Notes: a model not told the origin generated them from the letters alone. A stretch of DNA of 64,000 nt from Bacteroidales bacterium (GCA_045601425.1 JAZRZP010000040.1:80081-144080), one strand, 5' to 3'; shown: positions 9,701 through 22,424, counted from the stretch's first letter. A program made the numbers and translations.

Positions 9701-9742
9701 ACAGTGTCCAGATTCCTTTACAAGATTGAAAAAACGAACATT

Positions 9743-10465
9743 ATGATATTAAGAACCGAAGACGTAGTAAAAAAATACCGCAGCCGTACTGTGGTGAAAG
9801 GTGTGAGCGTGAATGTGCAACAGGGTGAGATTGTGGGACTTCTTGGCCCTAACGGTGCAGGAAAAACCACCACATTCTACATGATTGTCGGTATCATAAA
9901 ACCTTATGCAGGAAAGGTGTTCCTTGATGATCAGGAAATAACGAAAATGCCCATGTTCAAGCGTGCCAAGGCCGGTGTCGGCTATCTGGCACAGGAAGCA
10001 TCTGTCTTCCGCAATCTTACGGTTGAAGACAATATCATGGGTATTCTGGAATTTACCAGACTCAGCAAAGCGGAACGTGAGGCAAAGTTGGAATCGTTGC
10101 TCGATGAATTCGGCTTGCAGCATATACGCAAAAGCAAGGGGATACAGCTTTCGGGTGGGGAACGCCGCCGTACCGAAATAGCACGGGCTCTGGCAATGGA
10201 CCCGAAATTCCTGCTTCTTGACGAACCTTTTGCTGGTGTAGATCCCATCGCCGTACAGGACATTCAGGGCATCGTAGCGAAACTGAAGGAAAAAAACATC
10301 GGAATCCTCATCACCGACCACAACGTGCACGAAACACTCGCCATTACCGACAGGGCATATCTCCTGTTCGAGGGGAGCGTGCTCAAATCCGGCACACCCG
10401 AGGAACTTGCCAATGACGAGATGGTTCGCAGAGTTTATCTCGGCAACGATTTCGAACTTAGGTAG
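9743..10465 (+). CDS. lptB: LPS export ABC transporter ATP-binding protein LptB
   Basis: Walker [15 protein letters not shown] signature LSGGERRR, Walker B LLLDEP. About 240 aa, immediately downstream of kdsD as usual. Confidence 0.85.
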   Translation: MILRTEDVVKKYRSRTVVKGVSVNVQQGEIVGLLGPNGAGKTTTFYMIVGIIKPYAGKVFLDDQEITKMPMFKRAKAGVGYLAQEASVFRNLTVEDNIMGILEFTRLSKAEREAKLESLLDEFGLQHIRKSKGIQLSGGERRRTEIARALAMDPKFLLLDEPFAGVDPIAVQDIQGIVAKLKEKNIGILITDHNVHETLAITDRAYLLFEGSVLKSGTPEELANDEMVRRVYLGNDFELR

Positions 10466-11673
10466 GATACCTGTAAGATATAGAGCATCACCTCTTTGGC
10501 TTTTTCTATACTTTCAAGGGGCACATACTCGAATCTGCTGTGGAAGTTGTGTCCGCCGGCAAAGATGTTTGGGCAGGGCAGACCTTTTGCCGAAAGCGAT
10601 GCTCCGTCGGTGCCGCCGCGTATAGGCTGTACTTTCGGAATAATACCCGATTTCTTCATTGCTTCCAATGCCCATTCCACAACTTCGAAATGCGGTTCGA
10701 TGTATTCCCGCATGTTTCGGTAAGTGTCGGTGATTTCGGTTTGTACGACGTTGCCGTATTTCCGGTTCAGCGATTCGGTTATGTCCGTGATTTTCTGTTT
10801 CCGCAGCATGAATCTGTCGAGGCTGTGGTCACGGACGATGTATTGCAGCGTGGTGTGTTCCACATCTCCGCGAAAATCGGTGAGATGAAAGAAACCGTCG
10901 TAACCGTCGGTATTTTCGGGACGCTCGTTTTCAGGCAGCATCGAGTCAAATTCTTTTGCGACAAGTATGGAGTTGACCATCTTTCCTTTTGCATATCCGG
11001 GATGGATATTGTTTCCGGAAATGTTTATTTCCGCACTGGCTGCGTTGAAACATTCATATTCGAGTTCGCCTGCTTCTCCGCCGTCAATGGTGTAGGCATA
11101 GTCCGCCCCGAATTTTATCAAGTCGAAATTTTCGGTGCCTCTTCCGATTTCCTCGTCGGGGGTGAAGGCAATCTTTATTTCACCGTGTTCAAAGTCGGGG
11201 TTTTCTGTCAGGAATTCAGCCATCTGCATGATTGCGGCAATGCCGGCCTTGTCGTCTGCTCCGAGCAATGTCGTGCCGTCGGTCGTTATCAAGGTCTGTC
11301 CGATGTGGTTTTTCAGTTCGGGATATTCGTCTGTTTTCAGAGAAATGTCTTTACCCGAATTAAGTAGCATGTCTTTGCCGTCATAGTTTTTCCAGACTAT
11401 CGGTTTGACATTTTTTCCGGATACATCGGGAGATGTGTCGACGTGCGCCAAGAAGCCTATTTTGGGAGATTCTTCTGTGGTATTCGCCGGAATTGCGGCA
11501 TACAGGTAGCCGTGCCGGTTGAGCGTGCTTTCAATGCCCATTGCCGAAAGTTCGTCTTGCAAAACCTTCAGCAAATCGAATTGCTTTTCTGTGCTCGGAT
11601 GTGTTTCCGAAAGTTCGTCGGATTGGGTGTCGAAACTCACGTATTTCAGGAAACGTTCTAAAAGGTCGGTCAT
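10435..11673 (-). CDS. pepT: peptidase T (tripeptide aminopeptidase, M20B)
   Basis: M20 family motifs and a C-terminal region strongly resembling PepT ([33 protein letters not shown]). The 3' end overlaps the lptB 3' end by ~30 bp (convergent). Confidence 0.85.
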   Translation of the reverse strand: MTDLLERFLKYVSFDTQSDELSETHPSTEKQFDLLKVLQDELSAMGIESTLNRHGYLYAAIPANTTEESPKIGFLAHVDTSPDVSGKNVKPIVWKNYDGKDMLLNSGKDISLKTDEYPELKNHIGQTLITTDGTTLLGADDKAGIAAIMQMAEFLTENPDFEHGEIKIAFTPDEEIGRGTENFDLIKFGADYAYTIDGGEAGELEYECFNAASAEINISGNNIHPGYAKGKMVNSILVAKEFDSMLPENERPENTDGYDGFFHLTDFRGDVEHTTLQYIVRDHSLDRFMLRKQKITDITESLNRKYGNVVQTEITDTYRNMREYIEPHFEVVEWALEAMKKSGIIPKVQPIRGGTDGASLSAKGLPCPNIFAGGHNFHSRFEYVPLESIEKAKEVMLYILQVSYLSSKSLPR

Positions 11674-11699
11674 GTTGTCGGTTTTTTCTTTTGACAAAA

Positions 11700-11736
11700 A
11701 AACGGAAGTACGTAACTTCCGTTTCTCTGTTTTTTT
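11700..11736. terminator. 10-bp perfect hairpin (AAACGGAAGT / ACTTCCGTTT) with flanking A- and T-runs, immediately upstream of the pepT start
   Basis: Stem pairs verified base by base; loop ACGTA; T7 run follows. The function (terminator versus 5' leader structure) is unclear. Confidence 0.35.
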
Positions 11737-11974
11737 CAGTATGTCGGGATTCAGTTCAGACTGTAATCCAGTACATTTGATTTTACTTTTATCCGTTGGG
11801 TACTGCGGGCATAGCTCAGAATAGTCTGTATGACTTTTTTCGATGGCTGATTCTGTGCATGTCTGGACTTCCTCGGAAAGTAATTTTGCGGGTTGAATAA
11901 ATCGTAGTTTTGTATCATTGGCATCAATAAATTAATAAAACATATATTTGTGTTCGATATTCAAAATATATCGG

Positions 11975-12014
11975 ACAAAAAAACTCCCAAACAATTTTTT
12001 TATTGTATGGGAGT
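11975..12014 (-). terminator. rho-independent terminator of the ECF sigma factor gene
   Basis: 12/13-bp stem (ACTCCCAAACAAT / ATTGTATGGGAGT) with a U-run on the minus-strand RNA, 30 bp downstream of the stop. Confidence 0.55.
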
Positions 12015-12043
12015 GATATAAAAAATTCCTAAAAAATCTTAAA

Positions 12044-12631
12044 TCACAAATCTATCGACAGATTGCTGTTTTTTGCCAGACGACGGAGGTTGATTATTGC
12101 GTAACGCATACGTCCGAGGGCTGTATTGATACTGACACCCGTTTGTTCGGCAATGTCCTTGAATTCCATTTTTCCGTAGTGCCGGAGTATCACTACACGG
12201 CGCTGCTCGGCCGGAAGTTGGCGAATCAGCTTGCGTATATCCTGACGTGTTTGCGTTTTTATGAGCGTCTTTTCCACATTGTCGTCAACGACACGGAGAT
12301 TTTCGAGCAGGAAGTCGTTCTTGTTCACGGTCGGAAGTTTGCTTGTATGGCGGAAATGATCAACTATGAGGTTGTGGGCAATGCGCATGACCCAATGGAT
12401 GAATTTATTCTCGTCCTTGTACAGACCTGCGTTTATCGTATGGACAACTTTCAAAAATGTATCCTGAAAAATGTCATCGGCGATTTCCCTGTTTTTCACC
12501 ACCGATATGATATAACCGTAAACTTTTGCCTGATGGCGTGCAAGCAAAATTTCGAAACTGGCATAATTACCATTTTTGTAGCTGTCTATCAATTCGTTAT
12601 CGCTAAGATAAACGTCCGTTGATACGTTCAT
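12044..12631 (-). CDS. RNA polymerase ECF-type sigma-70 factor
   Basis: 195 aa with sigma70 region 2 and region 4 architecture (FQDTFLKV...; C-terminal HTH). No adjacent anti-sigma gene. Confidence 0.8.
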   Translation of the reverse strand: MNVSTDVYLSDNELIDSYKNGNYASFEILLARHQAKVYGYIISVVKNREIADDIFQDTFLKVVHTINAGLYKDENKFIHWVMRIAHNLIVDHFRHTSKLPTVNKNDFLLENLRVVDDNVEKTLIKTQTRQDIRKLIRQLPAEQRRVVILRHYGKMEFKDIAEQTGVSINTALGRMRYAIINLRRLAKNSNLSIDL

Positions 12632-12914
12632 ATAATCTCCTTGCTTTTATTGTTACAAAAAATAGTAATATTTTTTCGATAATCTTACGTTTTGGTTTCT
12701 AAATTGATTCGGAGTGCAAAATTACATTTTTTTTCTGATATGTCCAAAATTTATTTTGTTTTTTTAATGGTGTTTTTGGTAAAATATTGATTTGTAATCT
12801 ATTATAAAATATATTAATTGTAAATTTTTTTTTGAAATCAAAAAAAGTGCCCGCAGTTGAACGCCTTCGTTACGGTTGTTTGTAAATAAAATTTTTCATT
12901 TCATTTTTTTTTGT

Positions 12915-12922
12915 TACTTTTG
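12915..12922 (+). promoter_or_regulatory. -7 promoter box TACTTTTG
   Basis: TAnnTTTG match 34 bp upstream of the ATG at 12956. Confidence 0.45.
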
Positions 12923-12955
12923 CAAACCCGAAACTAATAATAAAAAACACATATA

Positions 12956-13582
12956 ATGAAACGTATTGTATTTATAATTATGGTTATGCTTTGTCCATTG
13001 CTGGCGATTTCGCAGGAAGAAAAGCAGATAGAGGAAGCTCTTACAAACTACATGAAACGTTTTCCGGAGTCATCGTTGCAGGACGTTTACAAACTTTGCT
13101 ATCAGGATTTTTTCGGACCCGCACACCTGCTTTCCGATGAAAACGAGGCCGAAAACCGGATCAAAAAGGAACTCTTTTCCCAGCCGAACAATAATTTCGT
13201 TTACGAACCTACCGGCTATTGGGGAAATTACTATCGTGTGAACATCGCAGTGATACAAATTGGAGCCATCTCTTTCGAGAAATATTTCGATGCCTTTAAG
13301 CGCAGTGCCGAAGTCAAGAACCCGATAACCGTGGGACAATGGACCGCAATATGGGCAAACATCGTGGCTGTTGCAGAAAAAATCGAACCGCAACCCAAGA
13401 ATTTCGAAGCCGACAAGGCTGCCATTGCCGAACAGATGGAGCAGGGCAACTATGTCATCGACCACAGTAAAAATTTCAACAAAACTTACCGGTTCCGTTA
13501 CCGTCTTATCCGCAAGGATATTTTTGAAGAAGAAATCAAACCGATTCTGGATAAGGGCTTCATGAAGAACCAAAATTATTGA
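12956..13582 (+). CDS. hypothetical secreted protein
   Basis: 208 aa with signal peptide (MKRIVFIIMVMLCPLLAISQ). No recognised motif. Confidence 0.55.
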   Translation: MKRIVFIIMVMLCPLLAISQEEKQIEEALTNYMKRFPESSLQDVYKLCYQDFFGPAHLLSDENEAENRIKKELFSQPNNNFVYEPTGYWGNYYRVNIAVIQIGAISFEKYFDAFKRSAEVKNPITVGQWTAIWANIVAVAEKIEPQPKNFEADKAAIAEQMEQGNYVIDHSKNFNKTYRFRYRLIRKDIFEEEIKPILDKGFMKNQNY

Positions 13583-13588
13583 TAGATT

Positions 13589-14941
13589 ATGTTTCAAAAG
13601 GTTATAAACGGTTGTGTAAAAGTAGTACAGCGTTATTTGCCTGAACCGTTTATTTTTGCCGCAATACTTACCGTTCTGGCCATGGCTCTGGCCATGCCAA
13701 TATGCAGACAGACTCCCATCGAGGTTATAGAACATTGGGGCGGTGGTGTGTGGTCGCTTCTGGCTTTTGCCATGCAGATGGCGTTGGTTCTTGTTTGCGG
13801 AAGTGCTCTTGCAGCTGCTCCTGTCATAAAGAAGGGTATCAGTTTTCTTGCTTCGATACCTAAAACGCCTGTCGCAGCCATAGCCATCGTGTCGTGCATT
13901 TCGGCCTTGGCCTGCTGGATAAACTGGGGTTTCGGGCTCATTGTCGGTGTGATTTTTGCCAAGGAAGTTGCCCGAAAGGTAAAGAACATAGACTACCGTC
14001 TCCTGATAGCGTCTGCATACAGTGGCTTTGTGGTATGGCATGCCGGACTTTCCGGTTCCATACCTCTCACCATGGCCACTCCGGGCGATAGCCTGAAAGA
14101 AGCCACCAACGGAATCCTCACCTCTCCGGTGCCTATATCGAAAACGATCCTCGAACCACACAACCTCGTAATAGTATTGCTTATAATAGTTGCATTGACT
14201 TTGGTCAATTCACTCATGCATCCTAAATCCGGAAATGTGGTGACCGTAGACCCGGAACTGCTTACTGAGGAAGAACAGAAACCGGCAAAAAAAGCTTCAA
14301 CACCTGCCGAAAAGTTGGAAAACAGCAGTATCCTTGCATGTGTCATTGCAGGTATAGGTCTTGTTTATCTTGTGATAAAGCTGTTTTTCCGAGGCGGCTC
14401 GTTCGACCTTAATGCAGTGATTATGCTGTTCCTGTTTCTGGGACTCATATTGCACAAAACACCGCTGGCGTACGTCCATGCTTTTACCAATGCCTCGAAA
14501 GGTGCAGCCGGCATACTGCTTCAGTTTCCGTTTTATGCCGGAATAATGGGTATAATCACGGGCGTGGGCGAATCGGGAATATGCTTGGGAACGGTCATAA
14601 GCGAAGCCTGCATAAGCATCTCCAATCCGCATACATATCCCTTGCTTACCTTTTTGTGTGCGGCAGTCCTGAACATGTTTGTCCCTTCGGGTGGCGGACA
14701 TTGGGCTATTCAGGCTCCCATCATGTTCTCGGCCGGTGCCGACCTCGGAGTTGATCCCGGACTTACCGGTACGGCCATCGCATGGGGTGACGCTTGGACA
14801 AACCTGATACAGCCTTTCTGGGCAATACCGGCTCTGGCCATAGCCAAATTGGGTGCCAAGGACATTATGGGTTACTGTATCATAGACCTCATAGTTACGG
14901 GAATCATAATTTGCGGAGGTCTGCTTGTATGGTCGTTTTAG
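13589..14941 (+). CDS. atoE: short-chain fatty acid transporter (AtoE family)
   Basis: Collinear similarity to E. coli AtoE (LPDP.IFA..LT; QFPFYAGI; VPSGGGHW; QPFWA.PALAIA). Confidence 0.8.
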   Translation: MFQKVINGCVKVVQRYLPEPFIFAAILTVLAMALAMPICRQTPIEVIEHWGGGVWSLLAFAMQMALVLVCGSALAAAPVIKKGISFLASIPKTPVAAIAIVSCISALACWINWGFGLIVGVIFAKEVARKVKNIDYRLLIASAYSGFVVWHAGLSGSIPLTMATPGDSLKEATNGILTSPVPISKTILEPHNLVIVLLIIVALTLVNSLMHPKSGNVVTVDPELLTEEEQKPAKKASTPAEKLENSSILACVIAGIGLVYLVIKLFFRGGSFDLNAVIMLFLFLGLILHKTPLAYVHAFTNASKGAAGILLQFPFYAGIMGIITGVGESGICLGTVISEACISISNPHTYPLLTFLCAAVLNMFVPSGGGHWAIQAPIMFSAGADLGVDPGLTGTAIAWGDAWTNLIQPFWAIPALAIAKLGAKDIMGYCIIDLIVTGIIICGGLLVWSF

Positions 14942-14961
14942 AAATAAGACATACTTGAATG

Positions 14962-14994
14962 AAAAAACTCACACCTTTCCGGTGTGAGTTTTTT
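14962..14994. terminator. bidirectional rho-independent terminator between atoE (+) and the GT2 gene (-)
   Basis: AAAAAACTCACACC-TTTCC-GGTGTGAGTTTTTT: perfect stem, A-run on one side and T-run on the other. Confidence 0.7.
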
Positions 14995-16192
14995 ATTGAA
15001 ACGTAATGTCGTTGTGCCTTTTCCGCAACGACATTTCTTTTTCGAAAAATATTTTCCGCAAATTGTCAAGTTCCCGTATTTCCGTATTTCCGAATGAAAA
15101 GTTGTCGGGTTGTGCTATTCCCTGACTTTTACAGAAATCGGCAAGATTTTTCTCCGAGCTTCCGCTCCGGTGTTCCGATTTCAGGAACTGGAGTATGCGG
15201 AGTCCGTCAACTCGTTCGGTGCAGGATTTTACAAACAGTTCTTCGGTTTTGAAGTTTTTGCGGATAGAGTGCCATAAGTCGTCCGTTTTCAGTTGCATGC
15301 GCAGAAAATCCGACATGGGTGTTTCGCAATCAACGCTGAAAAGACGTGGGAAAAGAGCAAATGTAGCACCGACTTTGATGAATGATTCACGGCTGTAAAA
15401 TGGGTACGACAGATCCTGTTCGGCTATGTTTTTCTGTACGGCAGGACCGGTGCCGAAAGGAACACGGAACGATGTACGGCCTTGTGGAAATACGCATTCG
15501 TCGTTGTAAACCGAAATCTTTCCAGTCTTGCACAGTTTCTGCATGAGGTAAAAATCCTCTCCCCCCTGCAATGGTGTTATCCCTCCGGCCTTATGGTATG
15601 CCCATATCGGGAATGCCATTGCCGAGCCCAGAGCCGTAAACGCGTACGGATTGTGTATGAGCAGCATATTCATCATATAGTGACGCATGTATATTTCATA
15701 TCGCAAAAGTCCGCGCTGTTCGGATTCGTTCTGCGGAAGCGGATGAAAATACGGAACCGATATTGCAGAAAGGTTGGACGTTGCATTAAATTGATCCACA
15801 ATGCTTTGAAAATAATTCTTGTCGAAAGCCGTATCCCCGTCCATGCTTATTGTTATAGTATTGTCGCAGTGCCTTTCCTGTATTGTGTCGAAAAGCACTT
15901 TGCGGGCATGCCCGACTCCTTGTCGTTTTTCGTCCCAACCATTGCCTTCCGAGCTGCGGTCAATTATGAAATATCTGTCAGAATCAAGTGTATGCAGGTA
16001 CTTGATGGATTCCCTGTTGTTGTGGCAAATGAATGTTTTTTCGGGGTTCTGCCAGAAACTTTCAGGCTGGTTTACGCAGAAGAATACTTTGAAATTCTTG
16101 AAAGTCTGGCTTTCAAGACAGTTTACCAGACTGGCCAAATTCTCCAGTTCGGCCATAATCGGGACGGCTACTGCAATTTGGGAATACTTCAT
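14993..16192 (-). CDS. glycosyltransferase family 2 protein
   Basis: 399 aa; GT-A fold N-terminal half with DxD-like segment (ISMDGD). Confidence 0.6.
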   Translation of the reverse strand: MKYSQIAVAVPIMAELENLASLVNCLESQTFKNFKVFFCVNQPESFWQNPEKTFICHNNRESIKYLHTLDSDRYFIIDRSSEGNGWDEKRQGVGHARKVLFDTIQERHCDNTITISMDGDTAFDKNYFQSIVDQFNATSNLSAISVPYFHPLPQNESEQRGLLRYEIYMRHYMMNMLLIHNPYAFTALGSAMAFPIWAYHKAGGITPLQGGEDFYLMQKLCKTGKISVYNDECVFPQGRTSFRVPFGTGPAVQKNIAEQDLSYPFYSRESFIKVGATFALFPRLFSVDCETPMSDFLRMQLKTDDLWHSIRKNFKTEELFVKSCTERVDGLRILQFLKSEHRSGSSEKNLADFCKSQGIAQPDNFSFGNTEIRELDNLRKIFFEKEMSLRKRHNDITFQ

Positions 16193-16203
16193 TGTCGGAT
16201 TTT

Positions 16204-16244
16204 AAAAAAAATCCACTTCAGAAGTGAAATTCCGAAGTGGATTC
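16204..16244 (-). terminator. rho-independent terminator downstream of the MFS transporter gene
   Basis: 10-bp stem AATCCACTTC / GAAGTGGATT with an A-run on plus (U-run on the minus-strand RNA). Confidence 0.6.
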
Positions 16245-16262
16245 TGAGTGTTTAAAAATGTT

Positions 16263-17921
16263 TTATTTTTCCTCTTGGGCTTTTTCAACAATATTCGGTT
16301 GTTCAAGACCATAGCCTTTTTTCTTGTCTACAGCCTTAAGGTAAATAGAAATCAACAATGCTGCTATTCCGAGTGCAGCCAACATTACAAGAGCCCACGT
16401 GTAATTGAGTTCGTGAGCAGCAGTTCCTGCTTCGTTTGTATTTGTAAGAACCAAACCTATAAGAGCAGGGAACAAACCAAGACCTATGTTTTGAATCCAG
16501 AATATAGCTGCATAAGCAGAGCCGATGATTTTTTCGTCAACCAGTTTGGGAACGCTAGGCCACAAAGCTGCTGGAACCAAAGAGAAAGATGCTCCAAGTA
16601 CTAATATGGTAACGTATGCTACAATCGTGCCTCCAACTGCACTACCTTTAAACATTGGCAGTATAAAGGCAAAAGTAAGGTGGCATAAAACAAGTAGTAT
16701 GGAACCAAGCATGAGCATTGTTGCTGCTTTTCCTTTATGGTCAACATAGTTGCCAAGTATAGGAGTGATGGCTACGGCCAACAGCGGGAATACTGCAAAT
16801 ATTGTTTCAGCAGTACCTCTCATGTAACCCATATAGCAATAGCCAATCAATGCAATTATAGCCAATCCCATCAAGCTAAATTTCATGCCTTTGTTTTTGG
16901 AGAAGTTGCTTGCAAAAGAGCAGATGGCAACAACGAGCATGATTATGTATTGAATTATAGTTACAGATATGGGGAAATTATCAACATTTCCTCCCCAATA
17001 TGTAGAAGGGTCGGCTTCGGTAAGGGTGAGGTTACATTGAAGCATGTTTACAGCATATTTTTGGAACGGGAATATTGCACTGTAATAAAGTACGCAAAGT
17101 AGAGCTACCAACCAAAAACCAAGGCTGGTGAAGATTTTTTTAAGGTCGCTGATTTTGAATGGATCATCTTTTTCTTCTGCTTCACCGGTTTGGGAATCAA
17201 GTTTTTTGTCCATAAAGAAGTAAACAATAAACATGATGAGAGCAATACATAAAAGAACCACTCCAAATTTCACGGCATTGTCTACGTGTATTTCATTACC
17301 CATTTTTGCGAAGAAAGGTGAGAAAATCATACAAGTTGCGACACCCAAACGTGCCAAAGCCATTTCAGAACCCATAGCCAGAGCTGTTTCACGACCTTTG
17401 AACCATTTTACAATGCCACGGCTAACGGTGATACCAGCCATTTCGACACCACATCCAAAAATCATAAAGCCAACAGCAGCAAGTTTTGCAGAAGCTGGCA
17501 TGCCACTTACAAATGGAATAATTGTTCCAACGATGGGTATATTGCCATTCCAATTGAGATGATTGTTGAACCAAGCTTCGATGCCAGTTCCAACAAAAGC
17601 ATCACTTACAGCATAAAATTTTATAAAACCACCAACAAGCATTACTGCACCAGAAAGTACGGCAGTAAAACGAACTCCCATTTTGTCAAGAATAATTCCA
17701 GCAAAAATGAGGAAAAATACATACACGTTGAGGAATACTTCAGCTCCTTGCATACGACCAAAGGATTCACTGTCCCAACCACGGGTATCCTGCATCAAAT
17801 CCTTGATAGGGGATAAAATATCCATGAAAACATAACTGCAAAACATGGCCAAAGCCAATAGCAACAAGGCAATCCATCTGATGGCTGCTTTGTCTCTCAA
17901 TGTTGAAATTTTTTCTGACAT
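16263..17921 (-). CDS. MFS family transporter
   Basis: 552 aa with 12+ predicted TM helices and MFS-like loop motifs; substrate unknown. Confidence 0.65.
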   Translation of the reverse strand: MSEKISTLRDKAAIRWIALLLLALAMFCSYVFMDILSPIKDLMQDTRGWDSESFGRMQGAEVFLNVYVFFLIFAGIILDKMGVRFTAVLSGAVMLVGGFIKFYAVSDAFVGTGIEAWFNNHLNWNGNIPIVGTIIPFVSGMPASAKLAAVGFMIFGCGVEMAGITVSRGIVKWFKGRETALAMGSEMALARLGVATCMIFSPFFAKMGNEIHVDNAVKFGVVLLCIALIMFIVYFFMDKKLDSQTGEAEEKDDPFKISDLKKIFTSLGFWLVALLCVLYYSAIFPFQKYAVNMLQCNLTLTEADPSTYWGGNVDNFPISVTIIQYIIMLVVAICSFASNFSKNKGMKFSLMGLAIIALIGYCYMGYMRGTAETIFAVFPLLAVAITPILGNYVDHKGKAATMLMLGSILLVLCHLTFAFILPMFKGSAVGGTIVAYVTILVLGASFSLVPAALWPSVPKLVDEKIIGSAYAAIFWIQNIGLGLFPALIGLVLTNTNEAGTAAHELNYTWALVMLAALGIAALLISIYLKAVDKKKGYGLEQPNIVEKAQEEK

Positions 17922-18243
17922 AATTTATATTGTTTAGTTTAACATTTTTTGTGTTCTATGAAACTACAAAAATACGTTATTTTTGGCAATAATGGAAATC
18001 GCACCATCTTTTTTTATTCGTTGCAGTGGCTATATGGCTGATTATAAAAGAAAAACAAATTTGACAGCAGCAAAATCATCGGACGTTTTTTTTGTGATTT
18101 TTTCCGTGATTTCAGGAGAAATCAAATTTGTAAATTCCATTTTTTTAATCGAAAACAGATTGCAAAACATGGTCTGAAAAAATTTTTTTTGCCTCTGAAA
18201 TAAAAAAAATGCCAAAAATTTTTGGTATTTGAAAAATAAATTG

Positions 18244-18251
18244 TAACTTTG
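18244..18251 (+). promoter_or_regulatory. -7 promoter box TAACTTTG (context TTGTAACTTTGCAG) for atpHAG
   Basis: Strong consensus match about 130 bp upstream of atpH in an AT-rich intergenic region. Confidence 0.5.
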
Positions 18252-18380
18252 CAGTTTGAAAGTTTTACGGACAATCTGCGTTTTTGACGCGTTTTGTTTA
18301 ATATAATGTGTTGATATACAGGTTTGTGAATAACTTTCTAAAGTGTAAAAAAGATAAAGGTAACACAAAAACAACAACTT

Positions 18381-18938
18381 GTGGAAAACTACAGAATCAA
18401 TGTAAACTACGCCAAAGCATTATTTTTGCTGGCTACCGATACAAACGAAATAGACACCGTTTGCACCGATATGGAATTTGTGCACAAGGTTTGCGAAGAA
18501 AACCACATACTTAACGTGATTTTCAGCAACCCTACAATGAAGGATTCCAAGAAAATTGCGATAATAAACGAACTTTTTGAAAATGCCGTAAGCCGTACCT
18601 CGATGGCATTTCTTAACTTCGTAGTCCGCAAACACCGTGCAGTAAGTCTCAAGGGAATTTCCGGAGAATACATGAAACAGTACCGTAAATACAAAGGTAT
18701 AGTAGTTTCGGAACTCCGTACAGCCACAGATGTTGATGACGCAACAAAGGCAGCACTCACGAAAATCCTTGAAGACTACACACACAAGAAAGTACAGCTC
18801 AACACAGTTACCGACAGCAACATGATAGGCGGTTTCTGCGTAGAGTTCGACAACAACATGTACGACGCACGCATCCGTGCACAGATTGAAAAACTGCGCA
18901 AGGAATTCAGCGTAAACAAATACGAGAAAGCAATTTAA
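18381..18938 (+). CDS. atpH: F0F1 ATP synthase subunit delta (OSCP)
   Basis: 185 aa, OSCP-family pattern. Immediately followed by atpA and atpG. Confidence 0.8.
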   Translation: MENYRINVNYAKALFLLATDTNEIDTVCTDMEFVHKVCEENHILNVIFSNPTMKDSKKIAIINELFENAVSRTSMAFLNFVVRKHRAVSLKGISGEYMKQYRKYKGIVVSELRTATDVDDATKAALTKILEDYTHKKVQLNTVTDSNMIGGFCVEFDNNMYDARIRAQIEKLRKEFSVNKYEKAI

Positions 18939-18964
18939 TGAGTAACTTCTTAATATAAAGATAG

Positions 18965-20545
<1,581 letters not shown>

Positions 20546-20580
20546 ACGAATGTCAATAAGTAAGTAGTAACGTAAATATA

Positions 20581-21450
20581 ATGGCAAATTTAAAGGAAGT
20601 TCGTACACGTATTGCTTCGGTAAGTTCCACACAACAGATTACCTCGGCCATGAAGATGGTGTCGGCAGCAAAATTCCGCCGTGCACAGAATTCGATTCTG
20701 GCAATGAGACCATACGATCAGAAATTGTCAGAAATCATAAAGGACATCAACGTTGAGGACGGTGTGGATACACCTTACCATGTAGTGCGTGAAGCAGAAA
20801 AGGTCTTGCTTGTCGTTGTAACCTCCAACAAAGGACTGTGCGGTGCGTTCAACTCCAACGTCGTAAAGGAAGCCAACCAGCGTCTTGAATATTACGACGG
20901 ACAGAAAGGCGTTGAACTCAGCATGATAACCATAGGCAAGCGTGCAACTGAGATTTTCGGCAAGCGTGCAGGTTTGGTAAAGGAATCTTACGATGAACTT
21001 TTGGACAAACCGACTTTTGACAATGTCGCCGAATTGGCTGAGAAAATCATGAGCCGTTTCTGCAATAAAGAATACGATCGCATTGAACTGATTTACAACA
21101 AATTCAAGAACTCGCTGACTCAGATACCTTCGGTTGAACAATTCCTGCCCATTGTGCCGAAAGCCAATGATTGTGAACAGAAAGTTCAGAACGATTACAT
21201 CTTCGAGCCGAGCAAGGTTGAAATCTTGAAGGAAATGATACCCCTTTCACTGCGTTCACAATTCTACAGAGTGATTCTTGATTCGTTGGCAGCTGAACAT
21301 GGTGCTCGTATGACGGCCATGCAGAAAGCTACGGACAACGCGGCCGAATTGCTCAAAGAACTCAAGCTTACTTACAACAAAGCACGTCAGAGCGCCATCA
21401 CCAACGAAATTATCGAAATCGTTAGCGGTGCAGAAGCTCTCAATGGATGA
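20581..21450 (+). CDS. atpG: F0F1 ATP synthase subunit gamma
   Basis: 289 aa; N-terminal MANLKEVRTRIASVSSTQQITSAMKMVSAAKFRRAQ and C-terminal ITNEIIEIVSGAEAL are gamma-subunit hallmarks. Confidence 0.9.
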   Translation: MANLKEVRTRIASVSSTQQITSAMKMVSAAKFRRAQNSILAMRPYDQKLSEIIKDINVEDGVDTPYHVVREAEKVLLVVVTSNKGLCGAFNSNVVKEANQRLEYYDGQKGVELSMITIGKRATEIFGKRAGLVKESYDELLDKPTFDNVAELAEKIMSRFCNKEYDRIELIYNKFKNSLTQIPSVEQFLPIVPKANDCEQKVQNDYIFEPSKVEILKEMIPLSLRSQFYRVILDSLAAEHGARMTAMQKATDNAAELLKELKLTYNKARQSAITNEIIEIVSGAEALNG

Positions 21451-21476
21451 TGATTTTTCCCAAAATCCGAAATATG

Positions 21477-21508
21477 AAGAGAAGACCCGGAAGAGTCTTC
21501 TCTTTTTT
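21477..21508 (+). terminator. rho-independent terminator after atpG
   Basis: 10-bp perfect stem AAGAGAAGAC / GTCTTCTCTT followed by T6, 27 bp past the stop. Confidence 0.75.
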
Positions 21509-21626
21509 ATTAACAACCGGCTGTAGTTTATTTTTTTCTGTGTTGCCTGAAATATTTGAAAAAAAACGTATTTTTGCAAAAGTTTTCAACGGAATCTGAA
21601 AGTATAAAAAATTGAAATACATATAG

Positions 21627-22424
21627 ATGGGACAAATCGTAACATTGACGACAGATTGGGGGTACAGCGATTTTTTTATCGGAAAGGTGAAAGGTCGTCT
21701 GTCTTCTCTCATACCTGATGTTCAGGTGGTTGACATAACTCACGGAATAAGGGACTACAACCTTATGGACACAGCTTTCATTGTTGCCAATACGTGTTTC
21801 GATTTTCCGGAAGGGACAATTCATATAATAGACGTATGTTCCACCGAGACGCCAACGAATCCGTTTGTGATTGTTGAGTGTGAAGGACAGTATTTTATAT
21901 GTGCCGACAACGGCGTTCCGTCGATTGTAGTCGGCGACAGGGATTATAATTCGGTACAAATCACCTATATGCAGGATTCGAATTTTTTCACTTTTGCGGC
22001 ATACAATCTGTTTTGCTACATTGCACAAGAGCTGGCAGCGGGAACTCCGGTATCGGAATTGGGCTCAGAACGGGAGAGACTCAACAGAGCCAGAACTCCG
22101 CTCTATGTATATTCCGAAAACACCTTGCATCTTGTGGTAATTTACATAGATGCGTATGGCAACGGCTACCTGAACATAAAATACGATGAATTCGAGAGAA
22201 TCCGTGCGGGGAGGGATTTTTACATCACCATGGCCGGTCAGCCACGTTCCAAAATGAGAGTTTCGCGTTCTTATGCAGACAGCTATCTTGATGCCGGTTC
22301 TACCGGTATCATTCTCACCGTTTCGGCAACCGGTCATCTGCAACTAGCAATGAGTAACAATCCTGCATCAAAAATGCTTGATCTTGCCGTTACCAACAAT
22401 ACAATCTTTATCGATTTTGCTTGA
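21627..22424 (+). CDS. SAM hydroxide adenosyltransferase family protein (DUF62 / SAM hydrolase)
   Basis: N-terminal LTTDWGYSDFFIGKVKG motif and the two-domain size (265 aa) typical of the fluorinase/chlorinase-related SAM hydrolases. Confidence 0.7.
   Translation: MGQIVTLTTDWGYSDFFIGKVKGRLSSLIPDVQVVDITHGIRDYNLMDTAFIVANTCFDFPEGTIHIIDVCSTETPTNPFVIVECEGQYFICADNGVPSIVVGDRDYNSVQITYMQDSNFFTFAAYNLFCYIAQELAAGTPVSELGSERERLNRARTPLYVYSENTLHLVVIYIDAYGNGYLNIKYDEFERIRAGRDFYITMAGQPRSKMRVSRSYADSYLDAGSTGIILTVSATGHLQLAMSNNPASKMLDLAVTNNTIFIDFA

Noticed and set aside
13070-14161. 363-aa minus-strand ORF antisense to the hypothetical gene and atoE
   Set aside because: Low-complexity Arg/Gly/His-rich translation, while the plus strand has clear AtoE homology. 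It is a shadow ORF.
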